A DNA stretch of 64,000 nucleotides from Eledone cirrhosa. Its lineage: Eukaryota. The stretch is from contig OZ024747.1 in the NCBI GenBank assembly GCA_964016885.1, positions 14,074,001 to 14,138,000 of the forward strand, read 5' to 3'. Of this stretch, positions 1 through 15,675 are shown piece after piece (the stretch's first letter is position 1; the number at the start of each line of letters is the position of its first letter). The notes under the pieces were generated by a model, which ran no database searches, was not told where the DNA came from, and saw only the letters and a program-made list of their open reading frames with translations. A program made the position numbers and the translations under genes.

Positions 1-1455
<1,455 letters not shown>

Positions 1456-2029
1456 AGTGAGCGAGACGATGTACATATGTTAGGTGTCTAGGGTTTGTTC
1501 ACTGCTACTTCACTTTCCTTGTTAACTTGATTTCAATTGCCAAATACTATTACTACCTTTATTTTATCTTGTGCGAAATGAAAACTGGAAGGGAAGAAAG
1601 AAGGAAAGCAAGAAGAGGTTTGGATAGGAAGGAAAGAAAGGAAATAAAAAATATATCTATATTTCCAACTAAACTATAACCTAAACTTCTATTAAAAAAA
1701 AATCTTGTATTTTCTACCCATTGGGTAACCAAATCTTTTGACAAGAAATATATATATATTTTTTTGTATAGTTTGTTTGTTATACATCATACCATCCTCC
1801 AAAATCTATATGGAATGGAATTAAAAATTGGTGTAAATAATATGAAAATTTCCCTCCTGAAAAAAACCAGAATAAAAATAAGACTTACAATGACCACACT
1901 GAATTCATTGCTTAAGCAATTACAAAATGCAATATAACCTCTCACTTATTTTATTTAATTTTTTTTTTTTGTATATTATGCATTATTAATGTTGTTACTG
2001 TTATTTTGTTGTTGTTGGTGTTATTATTA

Positions 2030-2060
<31 letters not shown>

Positions 2061-2672
2061 AAATATTATTTTTATTATTATCGTGATACAGTGCTTGATA
2101 TTATGTTGCTGTGCGTGTATGTGTGTTTTATTATTATAGATAGATAAAAATAACCTGCTGGACATATATATGTTCAACAAGATATGTTATTTTGGGTTGT
2201 TTTTTTTGCTTGTAACTTTTCCTATGTGTATTGTTGTTGTTTTTATATACTGCCTAGTTATTTGTAATCTTTTAAAAGGAAAAGTAAATTCTGAATTAAC
2301 TGTCTTTGAAATATGTAACCCAGAACCATGACCTCATCCTCCCCTCATACACACCCGAAAAAAAGATAAAATGGGGTGAGAGTGGATAGATAATATAATA
2401 ATTTGACAAGATTTCTCTTTCTTCTATTTTAAATAAAAATTGGATAAAACTAGATATTTTTTCCCCACTCAAACCTTGCCCAGAATACAAGATTTTAACA
2501 CAAATTTTGGTATTACTTCCTTACCTTATTGGTAAAAAGGTTACACTTTTATAGAGTTATCAGTGAAAGCTAAACTAGAATTCAGATTTTTTTTTCTGAA
2601 AGTAAACAATATTTTTTTTTTTCCCCATATAGACACAAAATCAGACTTTCATATTGATAAGGGAGATGTACA

Positions 2673-2797
2673 TTAGACTAGGTCTTTCTTCTTCTTCTTT
2701 GGATCTGTAACTCTTGGTGGAGTTGTAGGGACGTTGTGCTGACGTATAGCATTTATTGGGCCTTTTAAACCTGGCAGAGCCCATCTCCTCTCATGGT
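2673..2797 (-). CDS. Candidate antisense terminal exon (HERRWALPGLKGPINAIRQHNVPTTPPRVTDPKKKKKDLV*), unidentified
   Basis: 41 codons of non-repetitive, protein-like sequence preceded on the minus strand by a pyrimidine tract and AG. No homolog recognised. Confidence 0.3.
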
Positions 2798-3977
2798 CTG
2801 AACACTACCTATTTCTTCCAGAGAAAGAGAAGAAAGAGATATAGAAGAATCTGCTACAGTACTGGACTGTACTTTTTTTTATCAACCTCAAAAGGATGAA
2901 AGGCAAAGTTGACCTTGATGGGATTTGAAATCAGAATACTGAGAGTCAGGGCACATACCACAAAGCATTCTATTCAACGATCTAACAACTCTGTTAATTT
3001 TTGCTGCCTGTTATGGTAATATGTCAATAGCGATAAAAGACAAACTGCCATCTGAGCCCTGACAGACATTTAGTTCTGGTTCATGGTGGGAGTATTTTTC
3101 TTAACTGTTTAATCAAGGAAGTAACGGCAGTGCCCATGACCCTTTTCAGGGCTTTCAAGGCTGGTGAGAGCGAGGGAAGAAAATATCCTTGCTTCTCTTT
3201 ATATTTTTAGTTCAAATTCAACTGACTAAATTAAAAGTGGTGCACCAGTATGACCTTAGTTCAATGACTGAAATCAGTAAAAGAAAAAGAAAATGAAAAG
3301 TAAAAATAGAATATAAGCTATAGGTCCAAATACTTTGTCAATTACTTTGGTTTGTAGAAAGATCCTATGCCCATGGCCTTCACAGGCCATCTGAAACCAA
3401 ACATAGGCCCCAAATCTACTGTGAATTGAGGCATTGAAAACAGTGGTTAGCATAGACAGACTTACTGCCATATCTCATTCCACTTCAGCATTAAATACTG
3501 CCATAGCTTAAATCAGAATATAGCTTAGAACACATACTGCAGGAACTATTCACCAATTCCAGCATTGAAAAAAGAATCCCACCACTTATGCATTCAGGGG
3601 TGCTAGCATGGAAGCAACAAAGGGTGTCTTGGTTCAAGTTGGTTTCCCAGCACTTCTTTTAATGTGGGGATTTTCTCCCGAAGTGTTGGGGATTATTGAA
3701 CACCTCTTGGGTGACATTCCAACAACTTTGTTCACATTGTTTTTTTATATTTAGTGTCCTGTTTGCATTGCTGTAGACCTTTAGGGAAGACATACCATTT
3801 TATAAATATTTACTCCTTGAAACCTCAGTATATGTAAAAGGATAATGATGATAATAATATATTGTTGTTCAGGTGTTGTTATGTCATTGTTATTTTAATG
3901 TATTTATCAAAATTGTCTCTTTTATTATGTTTTAATATGTTTTCTTATGTATTATTTTATTTTTATCAACATTCCAG

Positions 3978-4158
3978 TGCAATAACCCATTAACAAAAGA
4001 ACCGAAATTACAAGCTGCAATCAGGATTGTCCCAGAGTGGAAACATTATGATTATGAAATAAAAGTATTGTGGGACAAAATTTACAACACAAACACCAGA
4101 TTCCAGATAGAATATGAAAAACCTTTAAAAGATGAAGATAATTTGCCACCAAAGAAAG
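3978..4158 (+). CDS. UGGT: UDP-glucose:glycoprotein glucosyltransferase, penultimate coding exon (CNNPLTKEPKLQAAIRIVPEWKHYDYEIKVLWDK...PPKK)
   Basis: Acceptor ttccag|TGC and donor AAAG|gtaaag. The 181-nt open frame matches the UGGT C-terminal motif CNNPxTKEPKLxAAxRIVPEWxxYDxEI as recalled from animal UGGT1/2. Upstream exons were not found in the window. Confidence 0.93.
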
Positions 4159-5093
4159 GTAAAGACTTTTTTAAAATTTATGTATGGCACTTCTGTGTGG
4201 TTAAGAATTTTGCTTTGAAACCATGTCATTTTAGGTTTAGTGTCACTGGATTACAGTTTAAGCAAATGTCTTCTTTTATAGTCATGGGCTGACCAATACC
4301 TTGGGAATAAAATTTGGTAGATGAAAACTGTGTAGAAGCCTGTCATATATTTATTATATATATTTTGCATTGTGTGTGTATATGTCTACTCTCCTTCCTC
4401 TTTCTCCTCTATGTAACTATCACCTTTCTCTATTACCAACAGAGTGTGAAATCAATGTTTTCTTTCTCTACCTCTTATTTGTCTAGTGATCTAGCTTATA
4501 TCCTATTGTCCTGTATATCTTCAGGACATTCCCTAATCTACCACCCAGGAGTTGCCCTAGCTATCAGTGGAGCTCTGGAACTGGTATTGTAAATAAAACA
4601 GTATAGTAGTGGTGATCTATATTAAAAGAAATTATTTAGGGGAGTTATTAATTGTTATTGAGTTTCTATGCAATGCTGAGAATTTTGACATTTTGAACAA
4701 AAATCATCATCATCAGTAAGAGAAACATTTCTGTTTTGTCTTCTTAATTTATGATATCATTTTTCATCTTTTGGCTTTTACACAATGGTTAAAGTCTGTC
4801 TTCCCCTGACATGATCTTGAATCAGATTGGTCATATCCTCTGGTCTCACCAGCTAGTTTCAATTGTCTAGCAGCTCCTGGGTTTTCTCTAGATACTCACT
4901 TCTGCTGGTCTGGTTTCTTTTTGTCATGTTGTGAGATGTGCAATATGTATTTGCATACAGGTTTCATTTATGAGAGTTTCAATGACCACCAAATTGAAAA
5001 AGGGTGCTATTCCTGTCCTTTCGTATAAATCAAGATCTTACATGTAATTGTAGAATTTGGTGCCCAGCATCACTCTCACTCATTAGGGTTTAA

Positions 5094-5817
5094 CCCTTTT
5101 GATACTAACCTGCCAGAAATCACCCCAAAACTAGGATAACACATTATTTTCAATTATTCATATTTTAATTTAAAGTTTCACTATATTAAGTGTTGTATTC
5201 CACAGTAAAGGCCTTATCTTGCACTGATCTCAAATCAACGAGATTTTGATGACGGTATTGTTTATCTTTAGAATGATATCTTAATGTGGGTGTCTGTGGC
5301 CAGATTTGGCCGGTTTGAACAAATACAAGGGAAATAATTTGAGCTAGATTTGGCCTGTTTGAAGCTAAAGGATTAATAAGATGATCAGTTATTTTACTAA
5401 ATCTCTTCAAATTGTTGATTATTTACAAAATTAATTGAAAAACATTGTTGGTGTTGCATTGCTGTCATTTCCAAAGATGAGTTTTCTAGATGATTCAATT
5501 AATAGAACTGTCTGCTCCTGAAATCAAGGTGTAAGTCGCTCAGCATTCCACAGACATATGCACCCCTTATGTATTTCTCAGGGAGATTCAGCATGACACA
5601 AGGCTTCCCTCTTGAATTACAGGTACACCTTATTTCTGCTTTCTGAGTAGACTGGGACAGCATGAAATAAAGTGTCTTGCTCAAAGACATACTATTCTGC
5701 CAGTTCTAGAATCAAACTCATGACCTTACAATTGTGAGCTGACCTCCCTAACCCCTAACCCATGCACATTGAAAAACATGGGTGGTGTGTTTCATTAGAA
5801 ATATGGTTATGAAAGTG
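5094..5817. mobile_element. piggyBac-like MITE (TTAA|CCCTTT... / ...AAAGTG|TTAA)
   Basis: TTAA at 5090-5093 and 5818-5821, with imperfect termini. Related ends 'ggtatcaaaagggttaa' occur at ~18880 and ~34500. Confidence 0.5.
5446..5767 (-). mobile_element. tRNA-headed CORE-like SINE with 12-bp TSD
   Basis: TSD attgaaaaacat at 5434-5445 and 5768-5779, and CORE-like 'tttgagcaagacactttatttc'. Relatives at ~19160, ~22660-22940, ~56975-57260 and ~60525. Confidence 0.75.
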
Positions 5818-8593
5818 TTAAATGTGTTGATGCTGGTCTCCGTTTCCTTTGTGATGAGCCAGGATTCACAGCTGTAAAGCAAGACAGTGGAACATGTAAT
5901 GTTGAAGATGGATGGGGAGATACTTGTACTACAATAGCACTAAATATACATATACTTTTGAAGAAAGAGATATAAGATGAAGGAAGGTGTAAGGAGGTAG
6001 GAGCAATCTATTGTAACTCTACCTATCTTCTTATGTTTCCTTTTATGACTTAGAAGAACTCTTCAACCATTACCACCCATCTGTACTCTTCTGTTATTTC
6101 CATTACTGCATCAACAACCGAAAGCGTTTAATGTTAGATGTATGTGGTCTATGAACAAGTAGATATATACAACAATGTAAAAGAAAAATGTAAAAAGGAA
6201 AGAAAGAAAAGGGTGGGGAAAAAGACGTAAAACAGCATAATCTCTAATTAACCTAAAGGCTGAAGACTAGTAATTGCCAATTGAGAATAAATAGTTTATC
6301 TTTAAATGATTCTCGAGCCATATAATAGCTGTAAAAGATTATTGGAAAAATGTTAGTTTTAACGTTGTGTGTACGATGATAGCTAGGCTGTTGTTCAATA
6401 TTGTTGTAATGTGAAGAAAACGTTGGTGATTGTCTGGTTGTTGGTCGTTGTCGGTACATAGCTGAAATGGAGTGGAATTAAATAGAGCTTGTGTGTTGAG
6501 ATATTATTATTGCTGGCCATTGAACCTTGCAAACAAATTTGCTTTCGGTGGAGGGCGACAAGTGGGCGGTGGACGAGCGGTATGGTAAGGGTAGAGTGAG
6601 GTAGAAGGGCTAATGTAAGCAAGGAGGAAAGAAAAGAATCAAAACTTTGCTGCTGCTGCTGCAACCCCTTGCCCCCATCCCCCAACTCCTGCACCACCTC
6701 AGGGTTGGTGGGTGGTTTTGGAAGTGTGTATCAACAAGCAGAAATATAAAGGAGATTGAAATCGACAAGGTAGCCCTCTTATAGTTTCTGTTCCTGTTGT
6801 CCTGGTAATTGATTTGAGAAAGTGATGGAGGGAGGGGAGACAGACAAAGGCTAAAGGGAGATTAATTGAGTAGCAATATTTTATAACACAGGTTGATGAG
6901 TGCTTTTTAAAAGGTTTCTCTTCTCTTCTCTACAAGAGGAGAGAAGTGTTTGGATGGATGGAGAGAAGAAGAGATTGAGAGAGTGAGAGAGAAAAAATCC
7001 ATATGTTACTACACACTTCAATTCTCATCCCTCTCTCTCTCTCTCTCTCTCTCTTCCTTTCTGTCTCTTTCGCTTCCTTATTTAAAAAAAAAGATGCTAA
7101 CTGAATAGAAATTTTCTTTTACTGTTTAGCTATGACTGTAAGACCTTAACAATATCTAGTCTTAGCGCAGATTAAGAGTGTTTACACATTCTCCCCACCA
7201 CTTTCACCACTGTCCTCCCTTTTTCCTGCTCTCTCTCTTTCACACACACACACACACTCTCTCTCTCTCTCTTCTTTTAATGTAAGGTTTCAATTCAGGG
7301 TACAAAATAGACAAGCATCTACTAACATGGCCGTCAACACCTTTGTTGATGATATACTTTCCAAAATTCAATACCTAGTAACTGGTCAAATAGAATACCT
7401 CAATCTATTACACTTTTGTGTATACTTCTATTTTACTGTTCTTCTTCTTCTTCTTCTGCTGCTGCTGATAATGATGATGATGATATGATGGTGATGATGA
7501 TATGATGGTGATGATGATATGATGGTGGTGATGATGATGATGATGATGATGGTGGTGGTGATGCTGCTTTCTTTTATTGGCCACAAGGGCCCATGATGTC
7601 CATGAGAGTACAAAAATCAAATCCACAGGAAAACAACAGACAAGACACAGTGGGAGATTTACACTGAGTAAAAGGAGGGCTTTAGCAATAACAATATGGA
7701 CGCATTAATAAATAGGCAACAATAAGTAGCATAAACAGTAGTAGTAGTATTAATAACGGTTTCTTTATTAGTAGTAGTAGTAGCAATAATAATAGTAATA
7801 ATAACAACAATAATAATTTCTTTTATTATTAATGTAGTTATTATTGTTATTTTGCTTTAGTAAACCTAATATTTCTATCACAAAGTAATCACAGATTTCA
7901 AAGACTTAGGTGGCAGTAGTTAAAAAGGTATTGTTGTTGTTTTCTCCCCCCCCCCCTCCTACCGTGTTATCATTTGAGTGTGTTGGCTAAAAAAAAAAAT
8001 AAAAAAAATTCGTCTGAAATTTTTTTTCTTTCTATAACTATAATTATAGTGATGGTAATGATGATGATGAAAGGATATAAAATAATCTTTCAAAAGATGA
8101 CTATACAACAGCTCATAATGTATTGCTGAGAGAGATGTGTATGTGAATGTTTAGTGGCTAGAGCAAGCGAGGTTGGGCAGTGATTGATATAAAAGATAGT
8201 TGTTCAAACAACTTCACCTGTAATTTGGTTTTATGTGTTTGTTACTGTTTATCAATTTTTTTTTTGTTTTATTGTATTCATGTTTATTTATTGTATATAT
8301 ATATTTTTTTTTTTTCATATATAAAATCACTAACCCTCTTATAACAATATGTCTAGAGTAATTGTCTTCAATACTATACAGTTTTTCTCTAGAATTAATG
8401 CTACAGTTATGTTGAGTTAAGCAATGAACTGGTGCAGCTATTACAATGTTAGATTAAATACTTCAGTATTTTTTCCAGCACTCTACACTCTTAGATCAAA
8501 TCTTGCTGAAGTCAACTACTTTATCTTTTATTCCTCTTGGGGAAATAGGCACAGGTATGGCTGTGTAGTTAAGGGGTTCACTTCACAATCATA

Positions 8594-8760
8594 TGGCGCA
8601 TGGCTTAGTGGTTAGGGCATTGGGCTTGCAATCGGAAGGTTGTGAGTTCAGTTCTCGGACCGGGTGATGTGTTGTTTCCTTGAGCAAGACACTTTATTTC
8701 ACGTTGCTCCAGTTTACTCAGCTGTAGAAATGAGATGATAGGACTGGGGTCCCTATCATT
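8594..8760 (+). mobile_element. CORE-like tRNA SINE, 5' part
   Basis: A box TGGCTTAGTGG, B-box-like GAGTTCAGTTC and CORE-like 'ccttgagcaagacactttatttcacgttgctccagtttactcagctgtagaaatg'. Confidence 0.8.
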
Positions 8761-9369
8761 ATATCACCCAAGAGACCTCCAACGAGATATACCTTGGGGG
8801 AGGCCAGCTAAACCTGTATAGGTGTGAGCTGTAACAGCAACAACAACAACAAATATGGTTCTGGGATCAGCCATGCTGTATGGTACTTTGGGCAAGTGTC
8901 TCCTACAGTCTTGATATTTAGTTTGATTAGGTTATTCAGTTGGAAAATAGCTGCTGTTATAGTATAGGTCTGATCTAAGGTTGTGTGATGTTATGAACCA
9001 ACCCATGTTGGTAACAGCCTATTGATATAGACTGAGTTTTGTGACAGAACTCTGTGAAAATTGATCAGGGTAATTGACTGTTGTTCTTAAAATAACACGA
9101 GAGAATGCTGTGGTGAGAGCTTACCTCATTGGTAGACAAAGAATCTAATGGCAAAAGACAAAACTCTAGTTTTTCACATAAAAGGCACTTCTTTTGATTT
9201 TCTGAAAGTGACGCAAACAAGCATAATTTTTTCCTCAGTGCAAATTTATTATCAAAAGAACTTGACTTTGATTCTAAGTTTTGCTTGTCTAAAGTTTAAA
9301 TAATTGCATTATTTATTAAAGGTTTTTCTTTTTATTATTATTATTTTTATATATATATTTTTATGGGAC

Positions 9370-9406
<37 letters not shown>

Positions 9407-9418
9407 CATGTACATATT

Positions 9419-9875
<457 letters not shown>

Positions 9876-9971
9876 ATATATGCACACACATATATATATA
9901 TATATATGCACACATATATATATATATATATGCACACATATATATATATATGCACACACATATATATATAT

Positions 9972-10020
<49 letters not shown>

Positions 10021-10042
10021 CACACACATATATATATATATG

Positions 10043-10098
<56 letters not shown>

Positions 10099-10530
10099 TA
10101 TATATATATGCACACACACACATATATATATATATACATATATATATATGCACACATATATATGTATATATATAAAGACATGTACATATTTATATACATA
10201 CATACATACATATATGATATTGTAATGAGGGCGGAGGGGGTTAATGGTAGCTGAGAAGGCACAGCACATTGTCCATTATTGAAATGATGGCACAATGGTC
10301 ACAGACTTAGAGAATGGATTGAAATTGCATTATTTATTCATTTCTATGAATGGAATGAGTGTGTGTGATGAGTTGAAAGGAGAATCAGCTAAGCAGAGCT
10401 TATGAATAATGCTAAAGAGAAGCATTTTTATTGAAAGTTAGTTGACCCCGGTGTAGCAGCTGTGAAATATGAGTCAGTGGACTATGGTAATCAGGAACAA
10501 AGACATATATAAGTCATAGCGGAATAACAA

Positions 10531-10877
10531 TCATCACCATCATCATCATCTCATTTTACGTCCACCTTTCCCTGCTTGCAAGGGTGGGACGGAAACTGAT
10601 TCTGGCTTGATTTCTACAGCTGGATGCCCTTCCTAACACCAACCTCATTTACAATGAGTGCTGGGTGCTTTTTTGCTGTGGCACCTCCACGACCACTTTA
10701 CAGTGGAATGATAGGGACCCCAGTCCCTATCATCTCATTTCTACAGCTGAGTAAACTGGAGCAATGTGAAATAAAGTCTCTTGCTCAAGGAAACAACACA
10801 TCACCCGGTCTGAGAATTGAACTCACAACCTTTCGATTGCAAGACCAATGCTCTAACCACTAAGCCATGTGCCTCCA
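10531..10877 (-). mobile_element. Full-length CORE-like tRNA SINE, inverted relative to 9538-9875
   Basis: Near-identical reverse complement of the 9538 copy. A further 3' piece lies at ~12860-13080. Confidence 0.85.
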
Positions 10878-10904
10878 TAATACTAATAATAATATTGCTG
10901 ATGA

Positions 10905-11522
10905 CGATGAGGATTTCTAAATTAGGTACAAGGCCAGCAGTTTTTAGGGAGGAGAAAGTCAATATCGAACCTAGTATTTCACTGGTACTTTATTTTATCG
11001 ACCTTGGAAGGATGGAAGGCAAAGTTGACCTTAGTGGGATTTCAAACCAGAGCATAGAGGGCTGTAACAATAATAATAATTGTTTCTAGTTTTGGCACGA
11101 GGCCAGCAACTACCCAGTGCATTACTGGTACTTTATTTTATTGACCCCGTAAGGATGAAAGGCAAAGTTAACCTCAGCGGGATTTGAACTCAGACCGTAA
11201 AGGGACGTAACTATACTGGAAAGCATGGCGTCCGACTCTCTACCGATACTGCCAATCCACCGCCCTACAATAATAATAATAACAATAATTACAATAACAA
11301 CAATAATAATGGTTTCTTATATAGACACAAGGCCAGCAATTTTGGGGGAGGGGAAAGTCAATTAATCGACCCCAGTGCATGACTGGTGCTTTATTTATCG
11401 ACCCCCGTAAGAATGAAAGGCAAAGTTAACCTCGGGATTTGAACTCAGATTATAAAGGGCCGTAACTCTATGCTGCAAAGCATGGTGTCAGACCCTCTAC
11501 CGATACTGCCAATCCACTGCTC
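10905..11522 (-). mobile_element. Cluster of three copies of the abundant tRNA SINE (central domain 'gcctttcatccttacggggtcgataaaataaagtaccag')
   Basis: A box TGGCAGTATCGG, B box GAGTTCAAATC, shared central domain and (ATT)n tails. Confidence 0.85.
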
Positions 11523-13304
11523 TCAATAATAATAATAATAATAATAGTAATGTCATCATCATCATGTCTATGTCCGCTTTTCCATGCTGGTATGGGTTGG
11601 ATGGGCTGGTTTGAGACTATGTTTTATAGCCAAATGCCCTTGCTGGTGCCAACAGTTTTAACCATCTTTTATGACCCGCAGGAATATGATGTGCCAAATA
11701 CAGACGGATTATTCTGCCAATTCTTTTTAGGTTAAAAATAAAAAGAACAAAGAACAACATGAGGTCATCATAGGTCAGGTCAGGTCAGGTCAGGTCAGAT
11801 TAGGTCACTAGGTCACTTCGTTGGGTTGCATCAGAGAAGTTTTCATACTTGACAACTGTGCGTGTATGCATGTGTATGTGTGTGTGTGCGTGTGTGATAA
11901 TAGGACATATTGAGTGGTGAACGAGAATATGAGATGGGTTTTGTATTTTCTTTTGTTTGTGTTTGTGCTATTTTTATGTCCTGACAAATACAGAATTACT
12001 AAAATAAATAAAGACAATAAAACTGGAATATGTGGCAAGTCTGTGTATCAGCAATGAACTGTGACAGGAAATATATAAATATATATAACCATTTAAAATT
12101 CATCAGAGCTATTAAGAAACAAAGACATCAAATATTTGTTAATCATATATTATGTATATGATAAAAATATCATTTGTTTTTGGGTGAATAATACAATAGC
12201 GTAGTGGATGTTGATATACAAACACATACACGTGCACACACTTAAACACATGTTCACACACTTAGACACAATTAAGTACACACTTATACACACTAATAGC
12301 AGCCAAATCTCCCTCAGATGACATTGTGGTGTTCAAAAAGCTGACACCTGGGGCTAAACAAAAACAGGCAACAGCAAACAAATCTCATAACATACTATGA
12401 CAACAGCAAGTGGTTTAAGGCGATTTTCCTTGTTGAAGCATGGGCCAGCCTTGCAGGCCCCATAACAGACTTCATACACATTAATGGGGCCACTTTTCAG
12501 TTTATAGTCTGGTGTTCTTCCTGTCCTACCCATGCTAGCGTGGAAAATGGACATTAAACCATGATGATGATGATGATGATGATGCAGGGTGAGTATATTA
12601 GTAAAAGTAGAGGATCGACCGCAAGCTCGGCAGTTTTGGCTAGTTTCCTCACTCTCCTCCTTTCTTTTCTCTTAAATTCAAGAAGTTTTCCTGACGCAAG
12701 GTAGAAGAAATAACTATTTAGGGGGACAAATGTAGCATTAAAACTGATGACTGTGTGTGTGATAGGAAAGCAAACTTGTTATTGTAACAGCATGACTGAG
12801 ATAGGAATGCATTGTGGGTATGTGTGTGAACATTTTAAAGAGTTACAGATGGAGATATCATCATCATCGTCATCACTGTTTTACGTCGATTCTTCCACGC
12901 TAGCATGGGTTAGATGGGTTGTCCTGCTGTGGGCAGTGTCCAGTTGGCCGACCTTGTCTTGCTCATACGGGAACTGATTCTGGCTTGATCTCTACAGCTG
13001 GATGCTCTTCCTAACACCAACCTCATTTACAGTGAGTGCTGGGTGCTTTTTTGCTGTGGCGCCTACACGACCACTTTATAGTGTGAGGCGGAGGGTGGGG
13101 GTGGCATATTGTCTATATGCTTCAGCTTCGGCTTGTACCCGAGGGAAGTCGGGTCTTCTGTATTACTGCGTGACGCCAGAGGCCATGGTCCTGTGTCATT
13201 GCTTAAACACACATAGCGTATTATTGTGGTTGATATATATATATGCTTGATGATGATGATGATGATGATATATAATATATTTTATTTTTCTTTTCCTTTT
13301 TCAG

Positions 13305-13324
13305 ATTCCAAAACTGAACTATAA
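13305..13324 (+). CDS. UGGT: UGGT terminal coding exon (D-S-K-T-E-L-stop)
   Basis: Long polypyrimidine tract and tttcag acceptor. A phase-1 join to the previous exon gives G|AT TCC AAA ACT GAA CTA TAA = DSKTEL*, a KDEL-like signal expected for an ER-luminal enzyme. Confidence 0.88.
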
Positions 13325-13620
13325 CAATGGCAGATTTAGTTGTTATTAAAAGGAAAGAAGAAAGAAATACTTTATTTCATTGAGAAGCCAAAGTTTTTTT
13401 TTTTTTAGGCCTTAAACCTAGCCGAAATAACCTAGGGAAATACCTACTGCTGGCCACAAGTGACCACAACACATGGATCACTTCTCCTTACCATCATTCT
13501 ATACTTGATAAAGTAAAATTGGTAAATAAACAAACAAAAAAACATCTATCCAGTTGGATATGGCCTCGTGACACACAAAAAATCAAAATACTATCAAAAA
13601 AACAAATAAATGTATTTTGA
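13325..13620 (+). other. Probable UGGT 3' UTR with candidate AATAAA signals (~13525, ~13605)
   Basis: AT-rich unique sequence after the stop codon, with AATAAA hexamers followed by T-rich tracts. The true 3' end is unknown. Confidence 0.45.
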
Positions 13621-14019
13621 TTTGGTTGATAGAATTTCTGTATTTATTTAAATTTCTTTCTTTTTATTTTTTTTTATTTTATCGTAATTTTTTTTTTTCC
13701 TAACTCTATTTTCATTTTTATTTTGGTTTTATATTATTTTTCTTATTGTTACATTTGGTCTGTCTCTTTTTGTCTTTGCTCACTAATTTTTTTAAAAGAA
13801 TTATTACCAAGGCCGTGACATTTGACTATTGAATTAAAACAAAGCACTTAAAAGTTAAAGGATTAAAGCAAAGAAAATAATAATAATGATAATAATTTCT
13901 TTTATTGGTCAGAAGAACCCATGATATTTGTACAAAGAAAAAAAACCCCACAGAGAGTTGGGTTTACATCAAGTAAAGGAAAGGGGACATCACTAAAAGG
14001 AAAACAGTTGGGATAACAA

Positions 14020-14257
14020 TTAGTAATAATGATAATAATGGGTTCATTTATTGACCAGAAGGGCCTACATATAGGAGACAATACAAAGATAGGGACAGTG
14101 GGGGTTTACAATCAAATTGAGTAAAAATACACAATAATAAAAGCAATTAACAATGAAAGAATATAAAATGTATAAAATTATAACAATAAATTCCCCAATA
14201 GGGGCGTGAACCACTCTGGGGCGACTAGGGTCCCCCACCCATCCTGAACCACCCATG
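14020..14257 (-). mobile_element. Probable non-LTR retrotransposon 3' end with AATAAA and (ATT)n tail
   Basis: Minus strand '...ggcccttctggtcaataaatgaacccattatcattatt'. Related ends at ~7565-7690 and ~13890-13990 all abut trinucleotide tracts. Confidence 0.45.
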
Positions 14258-15279
14258 GTAATAATAATAGTAGTAGTAAACAAGAATTGAATAATAACTA
14301 AATCACTGTAACATAACTAATATTTTAGGGCTGTGGATTTGAAGAAGTTATTGTATGAGGAAAAAAATGCTTACCAGCATTTGTTTTGACTCTTTACATC
14401 TGAGTTCAAATCCCACCAAGGTTAACTTTGCTTTCTATTTTCTCAAAGTTGATAAATATAGTACCAATCAGGTATTGATGTCAATTTAATTGAATTTGCT
14501 CACTCCCTCCCCCAAAATTGCAGGCCTTACATGTAAATTAGAAGCTAATATATTAACCAACATTTAAAAAAAAAGTATTTACATCTATACTATGTTTCGA
14601 TTGATTTGATCTCTAATTGTCATCAGATATATCTTATTTCTGGATTTATACAGAGTAGCAAACTTGAGTTCAAACTAGGTACCTTTATGTTTTAAAACTA
14701 TTCCTGAAGCAATTTGTAGCAAATGTGAAGGCACATGATTGAATGGTTAAGGTGCTGGGGTTTGTGAACATAAGATTGTGGGTTTATTCCCAGATAATGT
14801 TGTACAGTCTCCTTGAGCAAGGTGCTTCATTTCATATTGCTCCAGTTCTTTGAAAATTGAATACCAGTAGCAGCTAAGGGTCAGCTTTGAGACAGATTAA
14901 CATCCCATTCAGTTGGTTAATGCCAGATGAAACTGGGATAATTTTTTGGCTTGCTGATCCTCGAGGCTCAATGCCAACTAATCTTTAACTAATTCAGCTG
15001 ACTTCAAAATAAAAAGCTTTATCTCTAAACAATCTAAAGAGGAGGTAAAAGGTCTAAAAAATTACAATTTTATTATCAACAACTTGCCTTGGATTTGTTT
15101 TTATAAATTTCTGGAACAGAAACTGTTAAGCTACAGTTGGTGTGAGTTTGATTACTTTATTATTATTATTATTTTTTTTTTTTTTTGTTTCACACCTCTT
15201 CTGGTGACTTAGCCTTTCACTTGGTTTAGAGAAAAAAAGAAAAAGCAGATACATAGTAATGAAAAAGAAAAATCATATA

Positions 15280-15675
15280 TAGGGTGCCTGACTTATCTCT
15301 GACCTGTCACTGTTAAGTATTTATAATTTTAATAATTTCTGGCCACCCTTCTAATAAATTTTTGTAATAATGTAGAATTGTGTTCTTTGCAAGAGGCTCT
15401 TTATTAAATTCCAATTGGATCTTTCTTTGCACAGTTATAACAATTTTAACCCATTTATTCCATGGTACACACTTTGATCTCTCTACACTTGTAAACGTCA
15501 TCTTCTTTGAGCTCATAAGAAAAACTAAATTAAGATATAGGAAAATATAGGTGTGACAACTTTTACTAACACCTTTTTAATGCATATCAATTTTGTCTAG
15601 CTGTTTCCATGAGTGGTCAGAAATTATTAAAATTATGAATCATTAAGAGGTATTAAAGATAAACGAGACATCCTG
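15280..15675 (-). mobile_element. Non-autonomous Tc1/mariner deletion derivative retaining the transposase N-terminal HTH
   Basis: TA at both ends and ~65-bp degenerate TIRs (AGGGTG.../...CATCCTG; shared ataattttaataatttctg). ORF 15313-15516 reads FTSVERSKCV...VQRKIQLEFNKEP, resembling DUF4817-type HTH starts. Confidence 0.7.

Larger units (their letters stand above)
4770..5910 (-). mobile_element. Decayed RTE-clade LINE 3' fragment, split by a TTAA insertion
   Basis: Minus strand reads ...STVLLYSCESWLITKETETSINTF (LLYGCESW-like motif) at ~5820-5905 and resumes as RVMLG...DLYERTG after the TTAA at 5090. Confidence 0.65.

Noticed and set aside
7327-7490. Short ATG-initiated frame MAVNTFVDDILSKIQYL...
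   Set aside because: Runs into (CTT)/(GAT) repeats, lies inside the UGGT intron and has no recognisable homology.
14590-14632. Minus-strand CTGATGA...GAAACATAGTA as a hammerhead
   Set aside because: Stems I and II pair poorly, so at most a decayed relic.
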